Assembly: GCF_001186125.1 (NCBI RefSeq)
Contig: NW_014040043.1
Location: 14,414 to 62,522, forward strand
Length of the DNA stretch: 48,109 nt
Direction: 5' to 3'
DNA from: Sphaeroforma arctica JP610
Taxonomy: Eukaryota
Both the position numbers and the translations under genes were made by a program. Below the pieces are notes generated by a model. It searched no databases, had not been told where the DNA came from, and saw only the letters and a list, made by a program, of their open reading frames with translations. Shown piece after piece: positions 13,220-23,789 of the stretch (position 1 is the first letter of the stretch; each line of letters starts with the position of its first letter).

Positions 13220-13262
13220 AATTTAAGTTCTATGGGCTTTTTTTTAGTTCTATGGGCATTTT

Positions 13263-14310
13263 TAAGTCTTCTAAATAACATTATGAACGACTCATCCTCC
13301 TCAAGCGAAAGCTCCACTTCCAGAATCAAGTGGGCCTGGCTCAAACCCGACGATTCCAACTACGACAAATGGCTCACCCACCTCTCCGTGGCAGCTACCA
13401 TGGACTTCAGCGAGGACCTCGAAAGTGTCCTCTCGTACTAACATGTACGTCGCCACATGCTCGATGTCACCGCTAATACCCCACTAAATCAGCGCACTCC
13501 GCAGACTGACAGAATTCGTCTACATGAACTTGACGAATACATCAAGGAACCCCGGGCTAATGGGACTTACCAATAAGCTCGTCTTCTCCTCCTTCGATCT
13601 CTCAACGATGAAATCATCGACTCCATGTCCGCCATCGAACTCGTCGAAGATCCATGGGCGATGCTGTTTTACCTCAAAGACATGTCCCGCCACATGTCCA
13701 CCAAGTACAACGGTTCTATCACTCTTAATTTCCTCGTCAATTTTCAGCGATCTGACCAGGATACACTCCGCATATGGTGGCATCGCTGTAGTCCTATTCA
13801 ACACGCTACCCAGGAACAAGGCACGGCGTTTAGCAACACATTCATGCAAAGCATCTACCTCTCTGGCCTCAGTGACGCAGATAAAGACATCATCCGCAGC
13901 TTTTTGGTAGCATCCCACGATCGCAACCAAGTAAATACCTCCGTCATCTGTGAACATCTTGAACGTTGGGAACGTGTCACTCCTGACATCAAAGACCTCA
14001 CCGTTGAATAATGCACACCTCGTGCCGCGACATTCTCCAAGACAAAAGGTTTTACGCCAACACCCCAACCAGCAAATTCCGATGCCCTCCTCAACGCTTT
14101 AGTTCAGCGCATGGAGAAGTTGGAAACTGGCCGAGAACGTCCCAAAACACCATGCTTTGTTTGCTACGCCGACAACCATCGCTCTGCTGCATGTAAGAAG
14201 GCTTGTGGAAAATGTGCCAAGACTGGCCACTTGGGCTCCGTCTTGCACTGACACCCAACCTCAAATGTGCCATCTGCAGCCGTACCAGTCATCTAAAAGA
14301 AGTGTACAAT
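13263..14310 (+). pseudogene. gag: copia gag (disrupted) with three tandem CCHC-type zinc knuckles
   Basis: N-terminal LKPDDSNYDKW (copia gag L..NY..W pattern). Knuckles CFVCYADNHRSAAC (14153), CGKCAKTGHLGSV(C, frameshifted) and CAICSRTSHLKEVY (14266). Confidence 0.8.
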
Positions 14311-14398
14311 ATACGTGACAATAAAAAGAACTTCCAGTATTCTCCTGTTCCTAGAATTGTAGGTGTTCACGCATCACGTGTATCTGACATAGCTAGAA

Positions 14399-15040
14399 CT
14401 TCTCATTCACGGCGGTGCTGCAGTTAATCTTATATATACGAAATCTAAGCACCTCCTTAGAAACGTACAACAGGGTAAATTCCCTTTATTTATGGCAGAC
14501 GAACACGAATATATCATCCGAGAAACAAGTACACTCCCGCAAGTAGGTAATGCCTACCTTTGTCCTACTCTTCGGCAACAACTGGCCTCTCAATATCAGC
14601 TCCAGGATGGAGGCTATAGCATCTCATTTCCAGCTAATACCACCACCTGCATACTTCAATATGGTGCCAACTTAACCACCCTACATCGAACTCAAGGGGG
14701 GTACCGTATCTCCTACGCAGACATCACTCGGCTATCCAAGCCACCGGCAATCGCCCAAAATGCTACACCGGCATTCTCCTGTCCTGCTCCGCCAGCTGTA
14801 GGCACACCCCACGCTGTCAGCGGACCATCTCAGCCTGTGTCGACTAGCCCTACCACTCCACCATCGGTACCGACCAACGACGCCACTCCCAACGACAATA
14901 CTCACTTTGCTCCTCCCAAAGTGATGCACTACGACGAATTTCACTGCACACACGGCCACAGAAACCCAATCATCACCCACAAAATGGCAAAGAAGCGTGG
15001 TATTGCCCTCATCGAGAATCCGCCCTTAGGCGTAATGTGA
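14399..15040 (+). pseudogene. Degenerate aspartic protease and N-terminal half of the integrase zinc finger (GAG-pre-integrase)
   Basis: LLIHGGAAVNL at 14399, with His (CAC 14408) where the D[ST]GA Asp is expected; NAYLCPTLRQQLASQYQLQDGGYSISF (copia NV.YVP.L..NL.S..QL...G..V.F); FHCTHGH (H-x4-H, 14942-14959). Confidence 0.7.
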
Positions 15041-15983
15041 CGACATCAGAAAGAACTCAACAAAACGTTGGTCCAACAAAGAGATCGCGGCAATGGCCCG
15101 GCGCCAATACTACTACCAACTGGTTATGGGTAAACCGCCAACCTCAAACCGAGACACAGCCAGACACGACAGTTTCAATCGCTGCTTCGAGTATACACCA
15201 ATCCGGCTCTGTGCTATGATTGTAACGAATACGTACATGTTCACATTGCTCGACTACCGCACCGACGGCTGTTTCTGTCCTGTCAGCCCCGGTAGCCACA
15301 AGTTCACTGCCAGCCACTTTACCTGCATCCAACAACTGATTCGGCGCATCCTGGTAGGCCCGAAACTGCCGCCCATTGGCCCTGACCTCCTTCAGCAATT
15401 ACAGGAGTGCCACGACTTCCACGGTATCTGGACCCTCCACGAACACCTTGGATCTTTTCTCCAGCATGTTGAAGAACCACCGTACCCTCACCCGTCCCTG
15501 ACACATCAACAGATGTTCCCTATACCCCGGCTAATCACGCTGTTGAAGTACTACTTCCAAATATCGGTTCAAACCAAATCATCGCGCTTGTTGGTTCCGA
15601 CTATGATACTTCAGATCCAGGCCAGCCAACACATACCGAATTCATCCGTGGTCTGGTGCGGCATTGGCTTACCCCCATCCTTGCTTCTCGACCGGATTAT
15701 GACGGATAACCTGGTCCTTCTCGGTATTTCGTACTCTGTACTAACCCATTCCGCGGCACTACACGGCGCAGACCCGATCCGTACCACAGAGGTGGGTACT
15801 CTACTTAGTAGGTCAGCAAGCGAATATATGGAACATTCGATAGTAACAGTATTTTGTCAACACCGGCCCGAATTGACTCAGCACATATTTTCCATTGTCG
15901 ACTCACTTGGCCCAAGCTTCAAACGGGAATTTACTGACCACTTCTTCCCATCAATCTTTCCTGAACCACTACAGCGACTATGA
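15036..15983 (+). CDS. Unknown ~300-aa cargo region inside copia pol
   Basis: Longest open frame in the element (ORF 15093-15983, open from at least 15036). No copia motif recognised. Confidence 0.5.
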   Translation, partial: CDDIRKNSTKRWSNKEIAAMARRQYYYQLVMGKPPTSNRDTARHDSFNRCFEYTPIRLCAMIVTNTYMFTLLDYRTDGCFCPVSPGSHKFTASHFTCIQQLIRRILVGPKLPPIGPDLLQQLQECHDFHGIWTLHEHLGSFLQHVEEPPYPHPSLTHQQMFPIPRLITLLKYYFQISVQTKSSRLLVPTMILQIQASQHIPNSSVVWCGIGLPPSLLLDRIMTDNLVLLGISYSVLTHSAALHGADPIRTTEVGTLLSRSASEYMEHSIVTVFCQHRPELTQHIFSIVDSLGPSFKREFTDHFFPSIFPEPLQRL

Positions 15984-16050
15984 GAGCCATACCATATGTT
16001 CATACATTGTATCATACATACTTGCCATTTTTGAAATAAATAATATTATC

Positions 16051-16470
16051 CCTACGGAAGAATGAATGATCAACCGCAAGGATTTGCCCAAGGCATGACT
16101 CACATTGATTTCCAACCTATTGTTGACTTATTTGCCTCCGCCCATACCAACATGCTTCCCAATTTTGCTGGCCCTGGGGGTACTATCGCCTCCTGTAGGA
16201 CTAAGGTGTATCTCCTCAAGCACAAGTGCTATGTCAACTCTCGATGGTCCGACATTCCGGTATTACTCGACACCGTTATCACCACTGGCGCCACCATAGC
16301 GTTGCTCGTCCCTTTTCGTTCTAAGGCCACTTGGTGGCACAAATTATTACCTCCTCCAAACTCAGCCGTACATCATCCACAACAATAAGCACACGTTCCT
16401 GCGTCACGGTACGGACGCCGTTGGCCGAACCATCTTGGACATTCTCTCTCATTGGCAAGATCGGTCCCAT
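16051..16470 (+). pseudogene. Dam-like N6-adenine DNA methyltransferase domain (phage-Dam / DIRS-MT type), frameshifted
   Basis: Reconstructed over three frameshifts: PTEE[W=TGA 16063]MINRKD/FAQGMTHIDFQPIVDLFASAHTNMLPNF...CYVNSRWSDIPVLLDTVITTGATIALLVPFRSKATWWHKL/LQTQPYIIHNNKHTFLRHGTDAVG/PSWTFSL. VDLFAS (16122) fits the SAM-binding motif; YVNSRW (16230-16247) occupies the YxNPP[WF] catalytic position; LLVP..WW follows at the expected spacing. Confidence 0.78.
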
Positions 16471-16552
16471 CAGTTCAGGAGTTGCCCCAGGCGACGATCT
16501 CAAGGCCGCAATTACCTACGCGATGTCAGCTCATCTAAAATTCGCAAAACAC

Positions 16553-17330
16553 ACCTGTCTCGAAGCAAAAATCAAGGCGAAACCTGTCCAGCACTCCAAC
16601 TCTACTAAGGTTTACGGACCCGGCGAACAACTCCGCATGGATTTTCAAGGCCCATTTCCTGCCGACCGTTACGGCAACCGTTACGCTCTCGTTCTATTCG
16701 ACAGCGGTAGCCGGTACGGCCTACATGAGGCCCTCAAGGACAAACAAGACATGCACAACAAGGTTGAAAAATTGAACCTAAAGATAATTAATCCCTGGCA
16801 TGCTAAACAGATTGTCGCCGACGGTGACTCTACATTTGTCTGTCAAAATACTGTCGACATACTCCAGTCTCACAAGATCGACTTCAACACAACGCCACCT
16901 CGCACACAACAAATGAACGGAAAAGTCGAAAGTACCCATCGCGTCATAAGCGAACTTGCTATCATCAATTTACTCCAAGCTGGCATGCCATGGCAACTCT
17001 AGAGCGACGCTCGCCGATGGGCTTGCATGCTCCAAAATGAACCCCTTTCACACAAGGCTGACATCCAACCCCCTAGTGATATATGGTACCAGAAGGAAAT
17101 TAATTTTCCGCCTGACGTCTGATTTGGCTGCCTAAGTCTCTTCAGATTGGAAAGCAAACCCCGCGCTGACAAACATAAATGCGAATCAAAAGCTGGCTAC
17201 GGTGTCCTCCTAGGAAGATTACCTAACTCCACACACGACACATGGCTAATTCAGAGCCTGCGTACACAACGTAGACATTATACACGCAGCGTAAAATTCT
17301 TCCTACTCGAGCGCCCCGAATTGTCCTCCG
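16553..17330 (+). pseudogene. copia integrase (last zinc-finger Cys, DDE core, C-terminal region)
   Basis: TCLEAKIKAKP; EQLRMDFQGPF..YALVLFDSGSRY; IVADGDSTF; TPPRTQQMNGKVESTHR; WQL*SDA (TAG where Trp is expected); FGC; KCESKAGYGVLLG. Confidence 0.92.
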
Positions 17331-17999
17331 ACGGTCGACGCGCAACACGCTCTAGTACCCCATGTACTTATACTATCTCAAAGGATTGGATGACACAGGA
17401 GGCACCAATATCCGTTGCCATCCCATTTGTCCCCACTACACCGCCACAAGTTGCCACCCCACCAAACTCTTCCTCTTCCCCGGTATCCTCACCCATCACC
17501 GCTCCTCTCCAGCAGACACCACCTCTCCCCACAGCCTCTCCCTCACCGAATAAGCGCGCAACTTTTCGCCCCGGCAACGATCTCGGTTTTGATAGCAACT
17601 TGACGATGGACACTGAAAATACATAGACGACCTCAGCTCCAACTCTAGTTCGGATTTTGTATCTATACATGACTATCGCAAAGCCCTCCCCATACGTGTA
17701 GCACCGGATCCACTCTTACAGTCGCCTACCACCTCGACTCTCGATATATCCCCAGCTCACACAACCCTCACTGACCGCGCTCGCACAACCACCACATAAT
17801 CCCGTATTCACGTGGATTCCGATGAATCTCTCCTCGACGTTGTTGCCGAATGTGGCCCCAACCAATCCACATTGCCTAAGGGTCCCTCCTCACTCTCTGA
17901 GCACTCAGCTATCGCGCAGGCTCTCATACCTCACGTGCTAGCGGTGCAACCCTCGCAACGGCACGAGATTGCCCTGTTCGAGACAATGTCTCTTCTGGA

Positions 18000-19632
18000 C
18001 CCTACGGTGCCGAAGAGCATCGCCAAGGCGCAAGCTGCTCCTGACTGGCCCCTGTGGAAGGAGGCCATAGACATCGAACATAAGGCACAGATTAGAAACG
18101 AACTCGCGGATATCGTCCCTATTTCGGATGTTCCAAAGGATGCAAAAAATAATACATTCCAAGTATGTCCTGGCACGTAAACACGATGAAAAAGGAAACC
18201 TCACAATTTTTAAAGCCCGTATGGTCGCACGAGGCGACCAACAGGAACAAGGTGACTCTTATTACGAAACTTACGCCCCCGCCGCCTCATCTGTCACTCT
18301 CAGGGCATTCTTAGCGCGCGCAGCATTTGAGAAATATCAGGTACATCACTTTGATATATCCACCGCTTACTTATACGCAGAACTCAATACAATTGTCTAC
18401 ATGCACCCTCCTAAGGGTACAGTAGAACTCGGTTTCTGTCCTAAGAACACAGTCCTAAAACTCAAACGAAGATTATACGGCCTTAGACAATCTGGCCGAT
18501 TGTGGAACTTCGATATTGCCGACAAACTCAACAACTAGGTTTTAAACAGACGGAAGCTGACAAATGTATATGGACACACACCACGAAGGACATCATCGTA
18601 GTACTTTATGTCGACGAAATTTGCCCTGCAATCCCCCCCGGTATATCACATGCAAAGTGGCTATACGACAAACCCGGCGCTCACTTTAAACTCAAGGATT
18701 TAGGACCTGCAAAACATCTCGTTGGGCTAAAAATCACACAGCACAAAGATGGCAGCATATCCATCGGGCAACAAGCATACATAGAAAAAATGCTAGCCAA
18801 GTTCAACCTAGCTGATCGTCCCCTCAAGTTTATACCAGGCAACCCGAACAAGCACCTATCTGCTCTCACAGGTGACTCGTGCACCGAGAAACACCGTTCA
18901 CTACTGGGCGCACTTGGTTTTGCTTCAACATGACCAGAGTCGACATCTTGTGCACACTCAACCAATTGGCATCATACAGCAACCAACCCCTCATAGAGCA
19001 CTGGACTGCTTTACAACACATACTCCTCTATCTAGCACGTACCAAAGACTTCGTCCTCACATACCGTCCAAATTCGACCAACAGAACAGTCGACACAGCT
19101 CTCGAAGCATTCTCAGATTCCGACTGGGGAAATTGCCTTACCACTCGCCGATCACAGTCGGGCTCGCTCATTACATTTAACGGCACTCCCATCCCCCTGG
19201 CGATCCGCAAAGCAACAAATCTGTGCAGATAGTAGCGGTGAGGCTGAATACGTAGCTGCAGCAGAAACAGCACAGAATTTGGCATGGATCCGTAACATCC
19301 TTGAATCATTCGGATACACATTTTCCATTCCTACCAAATACTCTATTGACAATCAATCCGCCATCAAAATAGCATTAGGCACAGGTACCCCTAAAGGGTT
19401 GAAACACGTCGAGATTAAGCACCACTACATCCGAAAATGTGCACAAGACGGCAAAATCGATCTTCAATACGTCCACACTCATGCCAATCTAGCGGATTTA
19501 CTCACAAAAAGCTTACCTCGCCCAAAGCACGAGCATTTCTGCGAACAACTCCTCACAGCTTCTGTAGATTATTTCCGTCGTACACCAGTCGCAGGCTACT
19601 TCCTTCAATGCTCACTCCCAAGAAGCACATAA
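18000..19632 (+). pseudogene. copia reverse transcriptase and RNase H (several frameshifts and stops)
   Basis: WKEAIDIE; KARMVARGDQQEQGDSYYETYAP; HFDISTAYLYAEL; LKRRLYGLRQSGRLW; LYVDE (for YVDD); RH motifs FSDSDWG..RRSQSG, SSGEAEYVAA, DNQSAI, KHVEIKHHYIR, NLADLLTKSL. Confidence 0.95.
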
Positions 19633-19643
19633 GGCTTGGCTTC

Positions 19644-19824
19644 AAGGGGGGGTATTGCACTGAAAGTGCACTCCTAAGTAGCCTATGCTTTATGGCCTTC
19701 TTGCGCTCTTCGGCCACGTGCCTCGGCTACTCCAGCCTGCTCCGATCCTAACCTCGGTCCTAAAATACAATTAGGTCAATTAGATTTTAGGTGCATATAA
19801 ATATGTACAACACAAAACTCAATA
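19644..19824 (+). repeat. Polypurine tract (AAGGGGGGG, 19644-19652) and 3' LTR (19653-19824)
   Basis: The purine run directly abuts TATTG; the LTR ends in CAATA. Confidence 0.9.
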
Positions 19825-20789
19825 AATTGGTTATTCAGTTAATATCAATTTATTAGGCTCTATAGAAACCCATAAAATATTTAGGTCTCTACATAGTGAT
19901 TCTAGACATATATGTTTATTTGATTGGGGTTTAAGGAAAGCGGACGTAACAGGCTGTAGTAATGCAGGCAGTTTTACAAGGCAGTCGTAATGCAAGAAGT
20001 CTTAAGCATTCTCATGGTTTATTGTGCACATACACAAGAGTCGTCTAGCCTCATTTTTCATGACTTATAAGCTCGAACCTGACTTTATTTTGGATGCGTC
20101 TACTATATTTCAGCCCGAACTATTGTACCAACAATTGTCCTTTCCAGTGACTGCCGGATGTATACACGGAAGAGAAAACTCCATTCGATTTGGAGGAAAC
20201 GGTTTACTCGGGGTTTTATCAGTTTGTAGATTGGCAATTTTGTTTTGTTTTGTTTGGAACCTTCAGGATTCAACTTTCGAGTCGCTGATCTTCGTATGTA
20301 TGGATGAGGAGTCGTCGCCTGTCACTGGTCCTCAAAATTGACGGGCTAACCTCGTAAATGATAGACTTTCCCTTTCGTAATCCCGCTGAGATGTAGTTAC
20401 TAGATACTGTATGTATTTATATGAAATAAAAATACATAAAAGTCAACAGTTCATTATTGACTAATTTTTTTCCTGGACGCGGAAATCTATTTCTCACATC
20501 TGCTCCGACTCCATAGTGCCATATGAGCCGAACTCAATTAATCCATCAACCACCACAAAGCTAGTGGGTTGAGTGCGTGTGTTCGTAGTCCAATCCTTGA
20601 ACTGAAGTCTACACTGTAACGGGTGACTCTTCAATTTTGAAACTTTCCCTATGCCATCTATCTCCTGTGCCAGAAAACAAAAACAATAAAACACACACTT
20701 AAAGTTGAATAGTCTCCGGTACATGTTCGGGCTATTCTATTAAATATATATTGCTCGTTTCTCAAAAATGTAGTGAATAACCATAATTC

Positions 20790-21150
20790 TGGGAACTCAC
20801 TTGCACCCCAGTAGTAGTAGGCATTCGAGAGTTTATTTTGTATTCCCTGGAATATGAAGTAGTACTCATATGTTTACGGACAGTGTCAGTGCGTATGTAT
20901 TTTTGGTATGTTCTGGAAACCCACTAACAAATCAGTAGTAGTGAAACAATGTTTGACAGTTTATGTAGTATCTTTTGGACCATATGTGCTACATATGTTT
21001 ACGGACAATGTCGGCGATATATATTGTGGTAGGTTTTAGAAACCCGCTAGCAAGCCAGTAGTAGTGAATGTTCGACAGTGTATGTGATATCCAATGTAAG
21101 TGGCACCCAGTGTGTTCATGGACAACGTCGGTAAGTATATATTTTTGATA
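20790..21150. repeat. Degenerate ~125-bp tandem repeat (two full copies plus partials)
   Basis: catatgtttacggaca..gtc at 20867 and 20992, each followed by gaaaccc.cta.caa..cagtagtagtgaa. Confidence 0.7.
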
Positions 21151-21549
21151 ATAAAACGTGTCAGTATCGAGCATCTGGTATAGCCAATTTCATGTATATG
21201 TTGTTCTGCGTTCAGTACACTTGTCAATCTCTCATCTAAAGAAATCACCTTCGATCAATGTTACATACATCATCTGACACTAGGCTATAGATTTAGGTAA
21301 AATGTCTTGTATGCGATAACTTTCTGGGATACTGTAATTAGTTGCGCTATTGAAATCCACAACATACCTACAACGAGAAATGAAACGGTTGTGCGTTCTC
21401 TAGTGTACATATGACACATAACCCGTCTGTTCCGAAAATTTTAAAATTGAATAGTTAATTAAATTTATTAAGTGTTTGTCCCATTAGGATCACTCCACAG
21501 CCTTCGCTGAAAATAGAAGTTGTGAGTTGTATTTGGAGTAGTATTTGTA

Positions 21550-22250
21550 TTTCTGTATATGGCTACACGCTCGAATGATTTATGTTCTATATTAAATAGA
21601 TAATTGGTGAATACTGGCTGGTGTGTAATGTAATATGGGTATTAAATTGGGTGTGTGTGTGCTTACGATTGATACAATAGTGAATTTTACACAGAATCCT
21701 ATGAGCTGATGTGGATGGTTTACAATGCCATTATATTGTACAGTATACGTGTTTGTATACCTAGCTTTGTAGCTTATGTGGGGACTATTTCCACTTTGGC
21801 TGTGAACTGGTTTTTCTATTTCCAAACCGAAATGTGTGGACCCATCTACCGGTAAAGGTATGTAAGCTATTAATGCGCTGAAGCAGACGTTACAACACCT
21901 TATTGGTAGACGACACACTTTTGATACGAAATGTCAACAAGTATTACAACGTATCGTCACTCATAGTTAAACCATACTTGCTACCTCCGATGGTTTACAC
22001 ATAAGAACCGTTGATGTCGCTTAATAAAACAGAGTATTCACTGACAAGTGTGTGGATTCCTCCCTTTCATACTTATTTGTTTATTCGATTTATAATCACT
22101 GGCATGACTGGCAACTTTGTACATTGTTTTGTAATTGCGGAACATACGATTTTGTTCGAAGTTTGATGGAATGACTTCGTGGCTTGTGTCCTGTTACTGA
22201 CATTGGTATAATATTTCATGTATGTCAAAATGATAGTGAGCCTTCTTCCA
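21550..22250 (-). pseudogene. Decayed gypsy-type integrase remnant
   Basis: VQSCQSCQ (22122-22099), then HFGLEIEKPVHSQSG (~FG.P..hSD.G) and YTNTYTVQYNGIV (~T.Y.PQ.NG..E), in the expected order. Confidence 0.55.
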
Positions 22251-23199
22251 CTGATGATCATTTCCCGAGGGCGTATATGTGGGTGATTTCTTGGCGTTCC
22301 AGGATCGAAATACGGAGTGTGACGGTAAACTGTGAGTCAAAATAGGACAGTAACGATATCATGCAGATCATCGATTTACCGTGGCACCCAAACTAAACCT
22401 CGAGGAAGGCAATATGGTATTGATGATTCTGTTATGTGATATTGATACACAATTGTTGACTAGTATTTGTAGTATTGTTGATGCACCTCTGCGCTGATTA
22501 CACTGTATTTGCACAGGCACAGTGTATTGGTTTTGGTGCAGGAAGCATTTTGTTTTGTTTCTATTTTTAAATTGTTTTTTAGACTTTACATTGTTCAAAA
22601 CTACTCATGATTTGTAAATACTTGCGTATACGATGATATTTTTATCGTTGAGCACGTGGTTCTACATGAGAGAGTATGTACATTAATATGTGCTATCTTA
22701 TTGTGTATATTGGCACAAAGTCAACTCACTTACGTCATACTTTGGATTGTGATCAATCCATACTTCAAAATGACGGTCATATATGGATCGGTGACACACA
22801 TCTGTACACGCCTCCACGGTGGAGTGTATTTCTTACAATGTATACATTCTTCGGATATATGCGATAGAAGTTTATCTTTTTTTGAAAACGCGTGAGCAAG
22901 AATCTCCCTTTTTAATAACGTATTCTGGTTGTTTCAAAGCCAAATTAAGAAGATAAACGGTATTTAGTATCTGATTCTCGTAACTTGATATATTCTTAGA
23001 AATCAGGGGACTGGCTTCTCGTTCCCACTTTGAAGGCAGTTGAAATATATAGAGGTTGCGACTATTACAGCGTATCGGACTTAAACCCCCACTGTTGTAT
23101 TTGATATTTATAAAGAGGACCGCAAATTTTAGTCTGTAGTACTATTAATATCAAAAGTATCAAACTGTAAGAGCGTAGCCACAATATTACAGATTGACT

Positions 23200-23760
23200 A
23201 CAGACTATCATCCACGTGGATGATCGTGCGACTGCCCATACTGCATTTTTGGAACGTATAGCAAACCCAGAAATCTCTATATCACTATCAAATTTTGGTG
23301 TATTACTCAAAGATATGGAGACTAATGTGGGAGAAAATCAATCAGAGATGGTAGGTTATCAATTTGACAACATCGATGATATGTTGGTCCCCGATCATCG
23401 ATACCAACACATGCCCCGAAGGTCTACGCCTACACATACTAAGAAACTGAGGCAGTTCCTAGGTCTTTACAGTTGTTTATGAATACATACCCCCAGCTAT
23501 GCGTGAATTATACACTTTCTGTATCAAAAGATCGATAGGAAACTCAGCGCCCACAATAAATTGTTAGGCCCATTAAATATAATCGATTTATATAATACGA
23601 GCATTTCAAGAAGTAAAAAATTAGATTATTCACTTCCGTCATATCGTTCCCAGACTATTATGCGGACACAGAGCAAAAGTATACAACTGCAATGTACGCG
23701 AATGGCCAATTGGACATTTGCTTAGGCGGTCCCAAATCGCATTTTGTTTCTTCTAAGTAC
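23200..23760 (+). pseudogene. Decayed gypsy-type RT/connection remnant
   Basis: IIHVDD (~YxDD), GVLL, MVGYQF, PTHTKKLRQFLGL...PSYA*II. Confidence 0.65.
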
Positions 23761-23789
23761 GAGGCAGGACTCTGATCTCTATCCTATAT

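Larger units (their letters stand above)
13051..19824 (+). mobile_element. Full-length but decayed Ty1/copia LTR retrotransposon (~6.8 kb) with extra cargo in pol
   Basis: Paired ~170-bp LTRs, polypurine tract before the 3' LTR, and domain order gag-PR-INT-RT-RH (copia order). Many stops and frameshifts. Confidence 0.95.

Noticed and set aside
15040..16550. Complete nested DIRS element as the source of the MTase
   Set aside because: Too short; no RT/RH, tyrosine recombinase or inverted terminal repeats seen, and the MTase end is in frame with the copia integrase. A captured DIRS fragment remains possible.
15036..16558. Intein interpretation of the cargo (starts at Cys; ends H-T-C, one base from H-N-C)
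   Set aside because: No recognisable intein blocks A, B or F and no homing-endonuclease motifs; the terminal resemblance is probably chance.
13520..19352. Antisense ORFs within the copia element (e.g. 13520-14068, 17368-17670)
   Set aside because: Shadow frames of coding sequence with no recognisable motifs.
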